DNA of 59,698 bases, filler included, from Squatina squatina (Eukaryota): assembly GCA_031763465.1 (NCBI GenBank). It is 3 parts of 3 records of this genome, joined end to end, with 100 filler letters (N's around TTAATTAATTAA, not from the genome) between each part and the next. Parts side by side here need not be neighbours in the genome. Positions count along the whole stretch, not along the records: positions 1 to 29,664 come from JARFOE010000192.1; 2 more parts are not named here. One strand, given 5' to 3'. Shown here piece after piece: positions 11,618-23,926 of this stretch. Within the stretch, counting starts at the first letter, position 1; each line of letters begins with the position of its first letter. Position numbers and translations under genes: made by a program. A model generated the notes under the pieces. It saw nothing but the letters and a program-made list of their open reading frames with translations. It had not been told where the DNA came from and made no database searches.

Positions 11618-11815
11618 CAGCCCTGAAGCAAAGAAGACAGCCAGTAGTGACAAACAGGCTCCCATTACAATCAGAAGCAAGAAAACAATCAGAGGATGCT
11701 GCTGGCTCATGCAGTAATACGACTCATACAGCCAGTCGGTTGACTTTTGCTTGGCAGGAGCATCATCAGTTCTATTAAGCAAATAGCGTCGCCTCCTCAT
11801 TGCGTCTTGCCACAT
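11618..11815 (-). CDS. ADCY2: adenylate cyclase 2, first coding exon (66 aa), MWQDAMRRRRYLLNRTDDAPAKQKSTDWLYESYYCMSQQHPLIVFLLLIVMGACLSLLAVFFASGL
   Basis: ATG at 11815, donor GTAAGA. Diagnostic ADCY2 N-terminus MWQ.AMRRRRYL...DWLYESYYCMSQQHPLIVFLLLIVMG. Confidence 0.96.
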
Positions 11816-12707
11816 AGAAATCAGCAATTATGCTTTTCAACTCTCAATTAACTGGTACACAGTCAGCAAGATACTGCTGAAGGAGCACATTTAAACTGTA
11901 TCGCTGAAGCAACATGTTGAGCTGTGATGAACTAGAAGCAGACTGCAAGCTAGACTGGTGTGCAAAGCAGAGGATGCACTCATCTCAATCGAAGCGCATC
12001 ATCCTAAAGAACTATTTCCCCTCTAATAATAGATGTCAAACATCAATAACAAGTGGCTTTCAGCTGATGGAAGGCTTCATGAAAAACATTTAGTTCCTAT
12101 TTTCTTTTGTGATCAATCCCTCATTTATCGGCAAAAATTATAGTCTAGAAAGAAAAAAAGACATCTACAATTAGTTAATGCATCACATGTAANNNNNNNN
12201 NNGAGAGATTTTCTTCTAAGCCAGTAAAATAGTTAAGATATAATCCTATAACATGAATTGTAGTTCTCTCCTTTTCCTCCAATATTGTCAGAATTTATCA
12301 AAAATATCTGAAGTAACACGAAGACACAATCCATAGCACACAAAAACTTATGTCACACAGGTTGCACTTGTATAATAAAGGCGCCATATGACATCTGCAC
12401 AGGAGAAGTATTGCTTGTAACAGGGGACTGTGTGTCATTTCCACAGCTGCTGTAACAAGCTAAGTAAATAGCACCTCATCCATCAACAACACAGCTTGTT
12501 CTGCTTTCAAATATTCAATCTTCTGCTATTGGGGAATACAACTTAGCACATTTACAGGATACATGTACTGGGCATCTAAAAGACGAACACACCAGTCATA
12601 CCGTACCNNNNNNNNNNNNNNNNNNNNNNNNNNNNNNNNNNNNNNNNNNNNNNNNNNNNNNNNNNNNNNNNNNNNNNNNNNNNNNNNNNNNNNNNNNNNN
12701 NNNNNNN

Positions 12708-12800
12708 GGGTACTGAATTTAGATGATCAGCCATGATCATACTGAATGGTGGAGCAGGCTCGAAGGGCCGAATGGCCTACTCCTGCTCCTATTATCTATG
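12708..12800 (+). mobile_element. CR1 3' terminus
   Basis: GATCAGCCATGATC...GAATGGTGGAGCAGGCTCGAAGGGCCGAATGGCCTACTCCTGCTCCTA. A second copy is at 13657-13775. Confidence 0.8.
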
Positions 12801-12809
12801 ATCAATGTG

Positions 12810-13556
12810 AACAAACATAACCTTTCCATGATCAAACATCTTGACCAAATATGTGCGAGGGCCACATATCTTCACTACTCTTCCGGGTAACCACCTTAAC
12901 CATTTATGGTGATGGTTCTTCACTCTAACCTTCTGGTTCAACTTCACAATTCTCTCTCTAACTCTAACTCTACCTTTATCATGACTCTCTTCCTACCTTG
13001 ATTGTTTCTCTTCTACTGACTGTGCTAAGTTTAACAATGAGAAGTGTGTTCATGGCTGTCATTTGAGAAACAACTCTGTTTTTCTACCAGTAGTGGTATG
13101 AGGAGTATTCTAATAAGCAATCAGGAAATTTGGAAATTTGTGGTCCAATGACAAGTGAAGTTTCTTTGGATTTGGATCCAACATTTGCATGATGAGGGCT
13201 CGTTTGACAATTTGTACTGTGCGCTCCGCTGCACCATTTGAAGCAGGATGGTACAGTCGAACTTTGGTATGTTTCACATCGTTTCTGCTCATGAACTGTG
13301 TGAACTCTTCTGAACAACATTGCGGCTTATTATTCGACACAATTTCTTCTGGGAAGGCCGTATGAAGAAAAAAATCTTTGCAAATTGTCTGGTGTTTTGC
13401 TTGTTGTTATTTTCCACATTGGAATTGGCTCTACCCACTTCGAGTGACTATCTATCACAATGAAGAATTGCTGTCCTTCTTGCTCAGCAAAATCTACAAG
13501 TAACCTTTGCCACACTCTGGGAGGCCATTTCCATGGCTGTAATGGTACTGATGGTG
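12810..13556 (-). mobile_element. Ty3/Gypsy LTR retrotransposon integrase fragment (pseudogenised)
   Basis: Encodes PLQPWKWPPRVWQRLLVDFA...IVIDSHSKWVE...FSSYGLP, then YHPASNGAAERTVQIVK (DDE core), then VRVKN...WLPGRVVKICGPRTYLV. Contains frameshifts. Confidence 0.9.
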
Positions 13557-14440
13557 NNNNNNNNNNNNNNNNNNNNNNNNNNNNNNNNNNNNNNNNNNNN
13601 NNNNNNNNNNNNNNNNNNNNNNNNNNNNNNNNNNNNNNNNNNNNNNNNNNNNNNNNGGGATAGTGTGGGAAGATGGAGTAGAGGTGGAAGATCAGCCACG
13701 ATCTTAGTGAATGGCGGAGCAGGCTCGAAGGTCTGAATGGCCTACTCGTAGTCCTATTTCTTATGTTCTTGTATGTCATTGTGAATGCCTGGAAAATGCA
13801 CAGATTATGTAGTTGCAGCCTTATTTACATATATCCACCGGCAACATTCCTGGGCCAATAAAAATTCAGATTTCAAAACTGACTGCAGCATTACATGGGT
13901 GGAGATTCAACATCACAGGTCTCCATCCCATCTTCCAATTAATTATGCCCTAATTATTGGCATAAAAAAATCAAATGTCTGCCCTAATGTGTAAATGAGA
14001 GACTTAATGGGGATATAAACAGATAAAAAGTTAAAAGTATCCAAGTCACTTCGGGTATCAAGCAAATATAACGAAAGAAAAATATTCAACGAGAAAGATA
14101 GAAATTCTGAGAGTCATTCAGCAAGAGCAGATAGAACCAAGGAAAGACTTACATAAGTGGAAAGAGAATGAGAAAGAATCAGAAACTCAATTTTAATCAG
14201 TAGTATGTTTTAAAATATCCATGTTCTTGTCTCTCAGGACATTTGGAAGGAAAGAGTTTACTTGAAAATTACTACCTTCTATGCTGACATCCAAGATGAA
14301 TAAAAAGATTATTGCTACTGCACAATATATGGCAATATCAATTTNNNNNNNNNNTTTCTGTTTTCTTGTCCTTTGTTTTCCTAATGTTCCTGACATTCTT
14401 GATAAATTACCTAATCTATTAAGCTATTAGGGTAAAAAAA

Positions 14441-14580
14441 AAAGACTTGCATTTGTATAATGCTAAATAACATTTCTCAAACATCTCGAGTTCTCATAAA
14501 TTAGAGATGCAGTGACGGCTGTTATCTTGACTAGTGCAACAGCATTTTTCTACAGCAGGTTCCATAAGTACAACAAATTC
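14441..14580 (-). mobile_element. Deu-domain SINE / L2-tail fragment
   Basis: AAAGACTTGCATTT.TATA is the reverse of the L2-like tail ...TATA.AAATGCAAGTCTTT. Related copies are at 41740-41975 and 52140-52285. Confidence 0.5.
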
Positions 14581-15056
14581 ATCTCCTGGGCACTGCTGCG
14601 AGCAACCCAGGGGAAAGTAGGAAAGTAAAGTTACTGCACAGCGCAAGTGCACTAATGAGAGGAGGTGGAACGTTGACTGTGGGCACAGAGGCCAAAGGGC
14701 ATGGAGTGGGTTGCTGGTAGCAGGTTAGGCTGCACTGGAGCCTGTGTGGGTGCCATAGGCAATAAAGTTCCAAATAAAAGTGGAAAATTCTGGAAGTATT
14801 CAGCAGGTCAGGCAGCATCTGTGGAGAAAGAAACCGAGTTAATGTTTCAGGTCGATGTCCTTTCGTCAGAATTGTTAGTAAAGTTCCCAAATAACATCTT
14901 TTGATATTTTGGCTGCTGTGAGTAAGTAGTTGTGATAACATTTTCATTCCAATCAGNNNNNNNNNNNNNNNNNNNNNNNNNNNNNNNNNNNNNNNNNNNN
15001 NNNNNNNNNNNNNNNNNNNNNNNNNNNNNNNNNNNNNNNNNNNNNNNNNNNNNNNN

Positions 15057-16233
15057 AACTGCAAAAGGTACCACTCACTTAATGTGCAGTTGATGTGTGA
15101 CCACGCCCAGCACATTACGATGGTCACCCTGAGCCAGTCCGGTGCACCAGCAATCTTCCAGCCACTATGTCAGACCAGAGGGTGGCTGCTCGGAGAGAAG
15201 GGCCCCACCAGCCATGGCCAGAAATCATACAATGACAGTCATGCTGCTATGGAGAGTGTCATCGAGCAGACAATCGGGCATCTCAAGCAACAGTTCCGCT
15301 GTCCTGACCGCTGCTCTTCTGGACACACCAGAGCGAGTGTACCAATTTGGGTTCCGTGACCACGTCAGGAGGAGGAGCACAAAGAGTGCGAGGAGGATGC
15401 CTGCGAATCCATGTTCCGGATGGGTGTTCTTGGGCGCATCATCAGATTCCAATTTCCCCGAGTGAAACCCCAGACCCCCGTTGCTCAACACTTCCCCACC
15501 TCACCCATGTTCCNNNNNNNNNNAAGCTGGTGAGCGGTCCGCGCGGGATATCCAGACGCCCGCGCGAACATCACAGCATCCTCTTGGCCACAATGCTGAA
15601 ATGAAAGCCACCACAAAACAAACATTCCAAACATAATTTATAAATGAGTAATTCCAGAACTGAATTATAAAAGTAAACTAATTACACTTGTGCATTCCCT
15701 TAGCATCTGTCTTTTGTGTGCCTTTGCCTATCTTAATGCTCCTATGAAGTGCGACCCCAGTGGCTACAACATGACTGGTTGAAGGCTGCTGACTTTCCTT
15801 GAGGAAGACTGGCCTTGCAGGACGACCTCGAGCAGCTCTGGGCCTGGAAGGCCTGGCTGTAGATTGCACTGCCTCGACATGGGCGGCAGCAGTCTGGGTG
15901 GGCTGGCAGGCAAGAGCAATGACATTGGGAGAGTGGCAGTGGTGGATGTACGAATGCTGTCATCCTGAGCGAACAGCAGGCTCGAGCTCCACAGAGCTAC
16001 AGCCACTCCCGCAGGGCAGCATCTCAGCATTCCTAGCCATCTTTCAGAACCTCCCTCCCTAAGTATAGAAAGCTCATCACTCTAAAGGCAACCTTTAAAT
16101 AGAGATCAGACTTCCCTCGATATTGGGCCCCATGCTGAGCATTATGCCAACCAGCAGCATGTTTAGTGCTGGGCTCAGCGCTGCAATCATGTTCATTAGT
16201 AGGTGGCACGAATTTCACGTGCTGCCTGCATTG
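15057..16233 (+). mobile_element. Harbinger/PIF DNA transposon remnant (HARBI1-like transposase C-terminal half plus flanking element sequence)
   Basis: KGYHSLNVQL.CDH-like segment at ~15064-15105, then GWLLGEKG and YNDSHAA.ESVIEQTIGHLKQQFRC.D, matching the Harbinger DDE motifs (LGD.GY; YN..H...R..IE..IG.LK.RFRCL). Confidence 0.8.
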
Positions 16234-16333
16234 NNNNNNNNNNNNNNNNNNNNNNNNNNNNNNNNNNNNNNNNNNNNNNNNNNNNNNNNNNNNNNNNNNN
16301 NNNNNNNNNNNNNNNNNNNNNNNNNNNNNNNNN

Positions 16334-16954
16334 CCGTTTATCCCTGCCCTCTGTTTTCTGTCCATTAACCAATTCTCTACCATTATCTTGTGTAATAACC
16401 TTTTATGTGACACCTTATCCAATGCCATTTGGAAATGCAAATATACGACTTCCAATAGTTCCCCCCTATCTACCCTGCTAGGTACATCCTCAAAAAACTC
16501 TGATAAATTTGTCAAACATGATTTCCCTTTCATAAAACCATGTTGACTCTGCTGAATTATGTCATGATTTTCTAAATACCTTCCTTAACAATAGATTCCA
16601 GCAATTTCCCAATGGCTGATGTCAGGCTAACTGTCCTATAGTTTCCTATTTTCTCTCTCTCTCCTNNNNNNNNNNTTCTACCTTCCAACCTGCTGGGACT
16701 GTTCTAGGATCTAGGAAATTTTGGAAGATCAAAACTAATACATCCACTGTCTCTGCAGTTCCCTCTTTTAGAACCTTAGGATGTAGGCCGTTAAATCCAG
16801 GGGATTTGTTGGCTTTAACTCCTGTTAGTTTCTCTAGTACTTTTTCTCTACTTATATTAATTACATTAAGTTCCTCACCCTCACTAGACCCTTGGTTCCC
16901 CACCAGTTTTGGTATGCTTTTTGTGAAGACAGATATAAAATATTTGTTTAATGT
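16334..16954 (-). mobile_element. CR1-type LINE ORF2 fragment
   Basis: Encodes LNKYFISVFT...EKVLEKL.G.KANKSPG..GLHPKVLKE and KGKSCLTNL.EFFEDV...VDRGE..EVVYL.FQ.A.DKV.HKRLL. Confidence 0.9.
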
Positions 16955-19900
16955 NNNNNNNNNNNNNNNNNNNNNNNNNNNNNNNNNNNNNNNNNNNNNN
17001 NNNNNNNNNNNNNNNNNNNNNNNNNNNNNNNNNNNNNNNNNNNNNNNNNNNNNNAATAAGACAAGAAAGCACTGGAGCCGGTATTGGAGGTGATGAAGGA
17101 ATGACAAAAATTATGCATTTTTGTCTAGTTTCAGCTTAGTAGTTCCCAGTAAGAACTAATCAGGAATAATTCTAAAATCTAGGAATTCAAGTCAGTTCAA
17201 GAAAATGGTAAAAACTTAAGACTTGTGGCTCAGCTCACAACTGTTACACAAAATATTTATATATAAACAAATCAAATACAATCGTTTCAGCAAGTTTATT
17301 AAAAATAATCAAAGAATAGAAAACTATACATAAAAAATATGTTGAATTTTTACTTGTCGTAACAAGTTGCCCCAGTAGAGTCCTAAACACGATTCTTTTT
17401 GTACGCATGAACGTACAACCCCACAGTGGTAGTCAGGCCAATTCATTGTTCACCATGACAGAACTTGAACATGATACAGATGGTTATCCAGCACCACAAA
17501 ATACACAGCACTTTCAGATATTAATTGCATAAACCAAGTCTCTCTAAAGTAATGTGATTCTGCCATTGCTGAAGCTTATATAGCTAGATGTTATGCATCA
17601 ATAGAAACCATTTCAGCACAAATTCACCTTTATCATTCAAGCTTTGGTTTGAGCTGTAGTGTTTGCTGGGATTGCCAGTATGACTTAACTGTTACCTTGT
17701 ACAGTAATTTCATAAAAATAATTCTTCCCACCTCACTTGTAATTGGTAGATTTTAATCATTGCAGAAGCATAACTTCCAAAATAAATTTAGTCCTCACAG
17801 CTTGGGTCACCAAATGGAACTACACAGCCATCGTAGAAAAAAAAGCCTTATATTTTGTAATGACAATGATAAACCATTAGTAAAACTTTTTAAAATAACC
17901 AAAAAAATCCACAAATAAAATGGCAACTTGTGATTTAGTGTGTTAAATGGTTCTTTGAAATGGTACCAGAAAATGCTGTGAACTCAGCAAAAGTAGCATC
18001 ATTGCCAACAGGGCGCACAAATTCATCAATATTTAAGAATTTCTTCAACATACAAGATTGCAATTGGTCAGCTTTATATGGATTTTAAAATGCCACCAAT
18101 CACTATAGCTTAGTGAATGTACTCTCCATAGATGAATGTTGTAAAAGCAAAGACTGCGCAACATACTTCCATGGGTTATGCAATGTAAGTGCAAGGGGAT
18201 ATCAGCACTCAAATTGTAGCATCAAGATTTTTGTGAGCACTTTGTGGATAAGCAGTGCCCAATAGTGTCCTGTAATAACAATGCACTGTTGTGTTCTTGA
18301 ACAAGGTGCATCACCCTGATTGCATGGCTACTTTATTTCAGAGCAGAAACTTTTGCAGAGATCCAGTCACCTTCTGTCAAAATAAATCACATTCATATAG
18401 ATAACTGGTAAGTGTGGGGAGTAGGGGCAGGAATCAACAATTCTGAAGGCAAATATATATGAGAACCCAAGCTGCTCCAATTACACTGCAAAGACAGACC
18501 AGCTAAGCTATACACAAGTACAGTGAAGCTCAAATGCTGAGATCAAAATAACTTGCTTCAATGAAACACATGGTTTCAAAGCAACAGCAGTTAAATGGAA
18601 TACAGATTGTAGATGTGTTCCTTGGGGAAGCTTCTTTGCCAATGTGTGAAATTATATGCTATATCTAAACTAGAGAGCATTATACCCAAAATATTGCCCC
18701 CAAATTCCTGTTTGCGAGTTGGAATGTTGATCTATACAACTTCTGCTATAACTTTACAATCATTCTACAGAGCTGGAATGAACAGAAATTATTCATTCAT
18801 TCACAGCATGATGATTAAACAGATATTCTCTGTCAGCACATGGGTACAAGTACGGAATTCCTAACTCCTCGGGTTCATTATTGTGCTAGTTACACTTGAG
18901 ACTTGAAAACCTATTAGAACATTGTGAAGTTTCAATTGCATTATAATATCCATTTTAAGGGGTAATTTGGCTAATTCCGACATTACATCTAAAAAGTTCC
19001 TACAAATTTGACCCTCGTGTGAAGGGTCCATTTTCCAGGTCCCCATTATTTTCATGAAATTACAGTATGTACGGAGACAAAGTATGGACTTTACTGGAAT
19101 GTTCTAGAATATAAAGCACACTAGCTAAACAAGTCAATTGCATGCAACAGAAAATCATGGCAGTGAGCTCTCAATATTACACGTTGATGCAGAAGTACAT
19201 TTTACAGGTGAAATATCCTTGTATATTGTTGCTGAAAAAGTCTAAACAACTTGAAAATTTTCCAAGTGTTTACCTACAAATTCCTGAATGTCATGGCAAC
19301 ATTATCTCAAAACAAAACTACCTTCACAAGTGGACTTCAGCCACCTATTAGTGTTTAGTTGGGTCAGCACCCCTTCATAAGACATTGTCACGTTTAAATT
19401 TCAACCTAATTCAGGCAATACAGAAGGCATGTCAAATCCCCTAGGACAACTGTGGTACATTCTTTAAAACATAGGGCTAGGCAGGCTGTAATTCTTCTCT
19501 CCTCCAAAAAAGGTAACAAAACAGTGGTTGTCATGAAAAAATCTTGCATAGTCTAACTGTATGCATCAGTAATTTCCATTAAGTGCCAGCAACACAGATG
19601 AGTTAAAAATCTTTGCTGTCCATTGCAATACTGCATCAAAACACTTCCTACAAATGCATACAGCAGATGAAGTACTTTTTCTCTTTTTTGCTCCTAATAG
19701 AACATATGCATACTGGTATACAGATTCCTTAATAGAATCAACATAATTCCTTCCACCACATTGTTAGCTGGGAACATCATTCATAAATGCCATTTGGACC
19801 CCAACATTTAACAGGTTACATTTTTATGACTTGCATGAATTTAAACACTGAACAAAGTTCTTCTAGTTCACACAAAATTTGTTTTGCTTGAGTATGCCTC

Positions 19901-20689
19901 TTCAGTGTTGCAAGGCTTGCGTTTCTGGCTCTTATTCAAATCAGAAGTTACAGATTCAAGGTGACTATAAACAGACCCTGAGAAAACGCAGCCCAAAAAA
20001 AACAAGTGACCAAAGCAGAAGAAAAGATGGTTCCAGTTGCACTAAATTCCCTTAAAACTTCTGGTTAGTACTGAGTATTATACAGTGAATCAAGGAGCCA
20101 GAACTACTCAACAAAATCCCCTATGGTGTTAGCACACTCAGCTTNNNNNNNNNNNNNNNNNNNNNNNNAATCCTCTATAAACTTAGATAATGCAACCTGG
20201 GAAAGGATTTGTAAACTTCAAAATGTTTCCCTCCTCCACTTAAATATAACTTAAACATGTGATAACATCATATGAAAATTAAATTAAAAACTTCTGAAAA
20301 CAGTTATTGCACGAATGATACAATTTGTTCAATATGTACAGAGTAAAAAGTTCTGATATATGTATGAAACGATGACTAAGAAGCGGCAAAAATAATTGCC
20401 ATGAAAATGTCCATCTAAATCAGCCGCTAGAATGACCCTTGGGTTAAAGTATTCCTAAGTTTGCCTCTGCTTGTGAAGAATTGCAGAAAGTGCCTTCTAG
20501 ATCAACAATAATCAGTGTCTCCTGTCATAAACCATTTTTGCTAATGCTTTGAAGACTGCGGCATTATTTCAACACCAACATAAAAAATTACAAGACTACA
20601 CTTTTTTTTACGTTTAGTCAATGCACACTTGTATTTTGTTGTAACATTTAGTCACAATATACAGCCATTTTATGGTGTTACACGATACA

Positions 20690-20907
20690 TAGTATCTTAT
20701 AGCACAGAAGGCGGCTATTTGGCCAGTCGTGCTTGTGCCGGATCTTTGAAAGAACTGTCCAATTTAGTCCCACACCCTAGCTATTTCCCGTAACCCTGAA
20801 AATTAGTCCTCTTCAAATACATGTCAATTGTCTTTTAAAGTTCCTATGAATTCCTCTCCAGAGCTTTGACAGCCTTTCTAAAGTGTGGTGCCCAGAATTA
20901 TATACAA
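20690..20907 (-). mobile_element. CR1 3' fragment
   Basis: Reverse CR1 3' UTR; minus strand encodes VYNSGHHTLERLSKLWRG (a frameshifted QFW.PH.RK-like segment). Confidence 0.6.
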
Positions 20908-21151
20908 NNNNNNNNNNNNNNNNNNNNNNNNNNNNNNNNNNNNNNNNNNNNNNNNNNNNNNNNNNNNNNNNNNNNNNNNNNNNNNNNNNNNNNNNNNNNN
21001 NNNNNNNCGGACACATGCAAACAGCCAGTTGCAGATATTAACCAATACCCACGAACTGCAGTTAAATGCTGGTCTTTATTTCCAGTCTGATGTCAAGAAC
21101 ATTCCGTTTTGATGTGAAGACTGGGGATGATTTCCAATGGTTTCACGCCTC

Positions 21152-21328
21152 CTATCGACTTAAACTAACCGTTATGGTGTCCCGTGTCTGTTTTCTCCTT
21201 TTTGAGTTGTTGCGACTATATTGGCTATGCCCTCTGTGAATGACTGGCTGCTTCATGCCGCCCACTGAATTATGATTGGAGCCTTGGTTATGGAGTCCCT
21301 TCACCGAATATTTTGGGCCACTGTGCTG
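21152..21328 (-). CDS. TENT4A: TENT4A last coding exon, QHSGPKYSVKGLHNQGSNHNSVGGMKQPVIHRGHSQYSRNNSKRRKQTRDTITVSLSR*
   Basis: Found by hand. Acceptor TCTTAACAG|CAG, TAG at 21152-21154. Aligns to recalled human C-terminus QHNGMKLSMKGSH...RGHHQYNR..WRRKK..TRDSLPVSLSR*. Confidence 0.88.
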   Translation of the reverse strand, partial: QHSGPKYSVKGLHNQGSNHNSVGGMKQPVIHRGHSQYSRNNSKRRKQTRDTITVSLSR

Positions 21329-23505
21329 CTGTTAAGACAGTTGGAAAAAAAAAAATCAGGAAACAAGAATTCTTTGTACAAGAGACCACTTAAAATCTTA
21401 TTTTAAATATAAAGAAACAAAACCCATTCATATAAATATTTCACTCATTTCATCAGAACTTACATTGTTGGATTACCCATCATAGCTTTGATCGTTCTTG
21501 AAAGAAGATCAAGTGCCATTGTACAAGGCTCCCTTCTGGCCTGGACCCTCATTTCTGTTTCTGACCTGCTATAGCAGGAGACCAGTTTACTACTGACTAT
21601 GTCAGCACACTTGCTGTTACTCCCCTAATTACAAGTACAAGGAGACCATTCAGCTAATCTAGTTGAGCCTTCCATAGAAACTTATAACTTTCCCCATTTC
21701 CACCTGTGTCGAGCTGCCTCTTGAATGACTCACGTTTTTGCCTCACTACTTTACATGCAAGACCATTTCATGTACTGATCACACTGTGAAGTGCATCCTT
21801 ACATCAGTCCTGAACTTGCCTATTACCAGTTTGTGCATATATCTCCTTGTCCTGCAGTGGTGGTTTAACTTGAAACAGTGCTCACAATTAACCTTTTTAT
21901 TCATTTCATATCTAGCATAAGGTCCCCTCTCTCTCATCATCTTCTGAGACTGAAGAGTCCAAGCTTTTCCAACCTTTCCTTATAATGACTGAAGTGATCA
22001 CCCTTGCGGTCCCTTCTCTGTATGTGGTGACTAGACATCCAGAGTTGAATTTTGCAGATGAATGGANNNNNNNNNNATATTCTGGAGCTCTGTTCGATTA
22101 CGTTTCAGTATCGAGGAATATTTAAGCAGAGATAAAGTTTAGTGGGACAGAATCCATGAAGGGGGGATTGTGCATAGTTGCTGGAAAGAACAGTCATGAG
22201 AGGCCAAATGGCTTTGCCTTGCTCCCAGCTTTATGTTCTTAAGCAGCCACATCAGGAAGCAAGATTTTGGTTCCTGAATAATTGGAAAAACACATACCAA
22301 ATAAGGTAGATACAAGAACTGATATTTTGCTGTTTTTTTTAAAGCAAGTATATTTTCCAAATAACTGATCCATTACACACTGCAAAGTGTTATTACGAGG
22401 CACACCTGAGCAGTGACTTCATACATAATACTGGTACTGCTCAAAAAGGACATTTAAATTTTTATTGAAATTTAACAGACAACAACTTTTCTTTGACTAC
22501 AAGTCTTTGTGCACACTCAAATCTTTCCTGTATTGCTAAATTTACGAACGTATATATACACAGTGGGTTAATTTTGAAAATGAGAAATCTTTTTTCCCAA
22601 AAATTTTATTAAAGGATATAATACAAAACATTAGCATAATATTCTGTAATTATCATTTGCAAGCTCTTCATTTAGCCATGGCATTTTACATTATAATATA
22701 TATAGTGGAATTAATACAGTGCAACACCAATTCTCATAAGATCAAACCTTGCTCAAAATAGAGTTACATATACAAAACTATTTACCTTTTCTGCAAACTC
22801 AATTTAAAATATCACATCTAAGCTTAACTGTAAAATATCTAAATTTACAAACTATAACTTTAGCCCATGGTCACTCAAAATCAAATTCCTTATTGTCCTC
22901 CCGTCACCACAGTTTGGGTTTCCGTGGCTATAAACTGAAGTTCAACACTTCGAACCATTTTTATTAACAAATGAAAAGTGACCACTCGTTGGTTTACCAA
23001 TGGTTAGGGAGGTACTAAAGACCTTTAAGTCCTTTGTAGTTTTCTATAACACATTTAAAATGCAATAATAGACTGGCACTTCAAAACAGACTTCAAACTG
23101 CCATCAATCTGTTATTATAAAAGTTTGATATTGCTTCGAATGCAGCTTTGAGGTGCACTTTTTAANNNNNNNNNNNNNNNNNNNNNNNNNNNNNNNNNNN
23201 NNNNNNNNNNNNNNNNNNNNNNNNNNNNNNNNNNNNNNNNNNNNNNNNNNNNNNNNNNNNNNNNNNNNNNNNNNNNNNNNNNNNNNNNNNNNNNNNNNNN
23301 NNNNNNNNNNNNNNNNNNNNNNNNNNNNNNNNNNNNNNNNNNNNNNNNNNNNNNNNNNNNNNNNNNNNNNNNNNNNNNNNNNNNNNNNNNNNNNNNNNNN
23401 NNNNNNNNNNNNNNNNNNNNNNNNNNNNNNNNNNNNNNNNNNNNNNNNNNNNNNNNNNNNNNNNNNNNNNNNNNNNNNNNNNNNNNNNNNNNNNNNNNNN
23501 NNNNN

Positions 23506-23620
23506 GACTTCTTTGTCCTCGATGGTGTCGAGCTTCTTCAGTGTTGTTGCAGCGGTACTCATCCAGGCAAATGAAGAGTATTCCATCACGCTCCTCAGAA
23601 GGTAACACTGAGTTCTTTCC
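23506..23620 (-). mobile_element. non-LTR retrotransposon RT C-terminal fragment (CR1/L2 group)
   Basis: RSVMEYSSFAWMSTAATTLKKLDTIEDK matches the RS..EY....W......L..LD.IQ.K motif. Confidence 0.65.
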
Positions 23621-23758
23621 CAGTGGCGGCGTTGTTCAATACCCAAATATGCAGTCAGATTTAAACTGTGTGCACATGCATTCTAAAAAGGTATTAAAAC
23701 TTAGTTCAGTACGACTACTGCAAAGCTCAATTTTTATTTTGACGTCACTGGTTCCTAC

Positions 23759-23926
23759 CTTGTGATGTATATATAGACTTGGCAGAAGGCTAGGGGATGC
23801 AGTAGGGGGAATAGGGTATACAGCAGTGACAGGATTCAGTGGTGCTCCTTCAATACAAACCTGCCTGGAAGGAAGTGCAGGGTGTGTGGAAACACCAATA
23901 CTGGCTGGTGAGACACCAATCCTAGC
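23759..23926 (-). CDS. TENT4A: TENT4A penultimate exon (168 nt), ARIGVSPASIGVSTHPALPSRQVCIEGAPLNPVTAVYPIPPTASPSLLPSLYIHHK
   Basis: Acceptor CCAATACAG, donor GTAGG, phase 0/0, no stops. Aligns loosely to recalled TRFTIPPPTLGV.PVPCRQAGVEG...ASPNPL.SPHLYHK. Confidence 0.8.

Noticed and set aside
17200-21151. Defined long TENT4A 3' UTR ending at AATAAA 17295-17300 (minus strand)
   Set aside because: Plausible, but interrupted by gaps and a CR1 fragment, and AATAAA is common in AT-rich DNA. It cannot be delimited without transcripts.
21464-21565. Possible extra minus-strand exon (SETEMRVQARREPCTMALDLL..., ending in GTAAGT)
   Set aside because: No recognisable homology, and its phase is incompatible with the phase-0 TENT4A junction, which is already satisfied by 23759 joining 21328.
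23104-23646. Long ORFs here and at 54489-55383, 5529-6017 and similar places
   Set aside because: Their length comes from runs of N translated as X.
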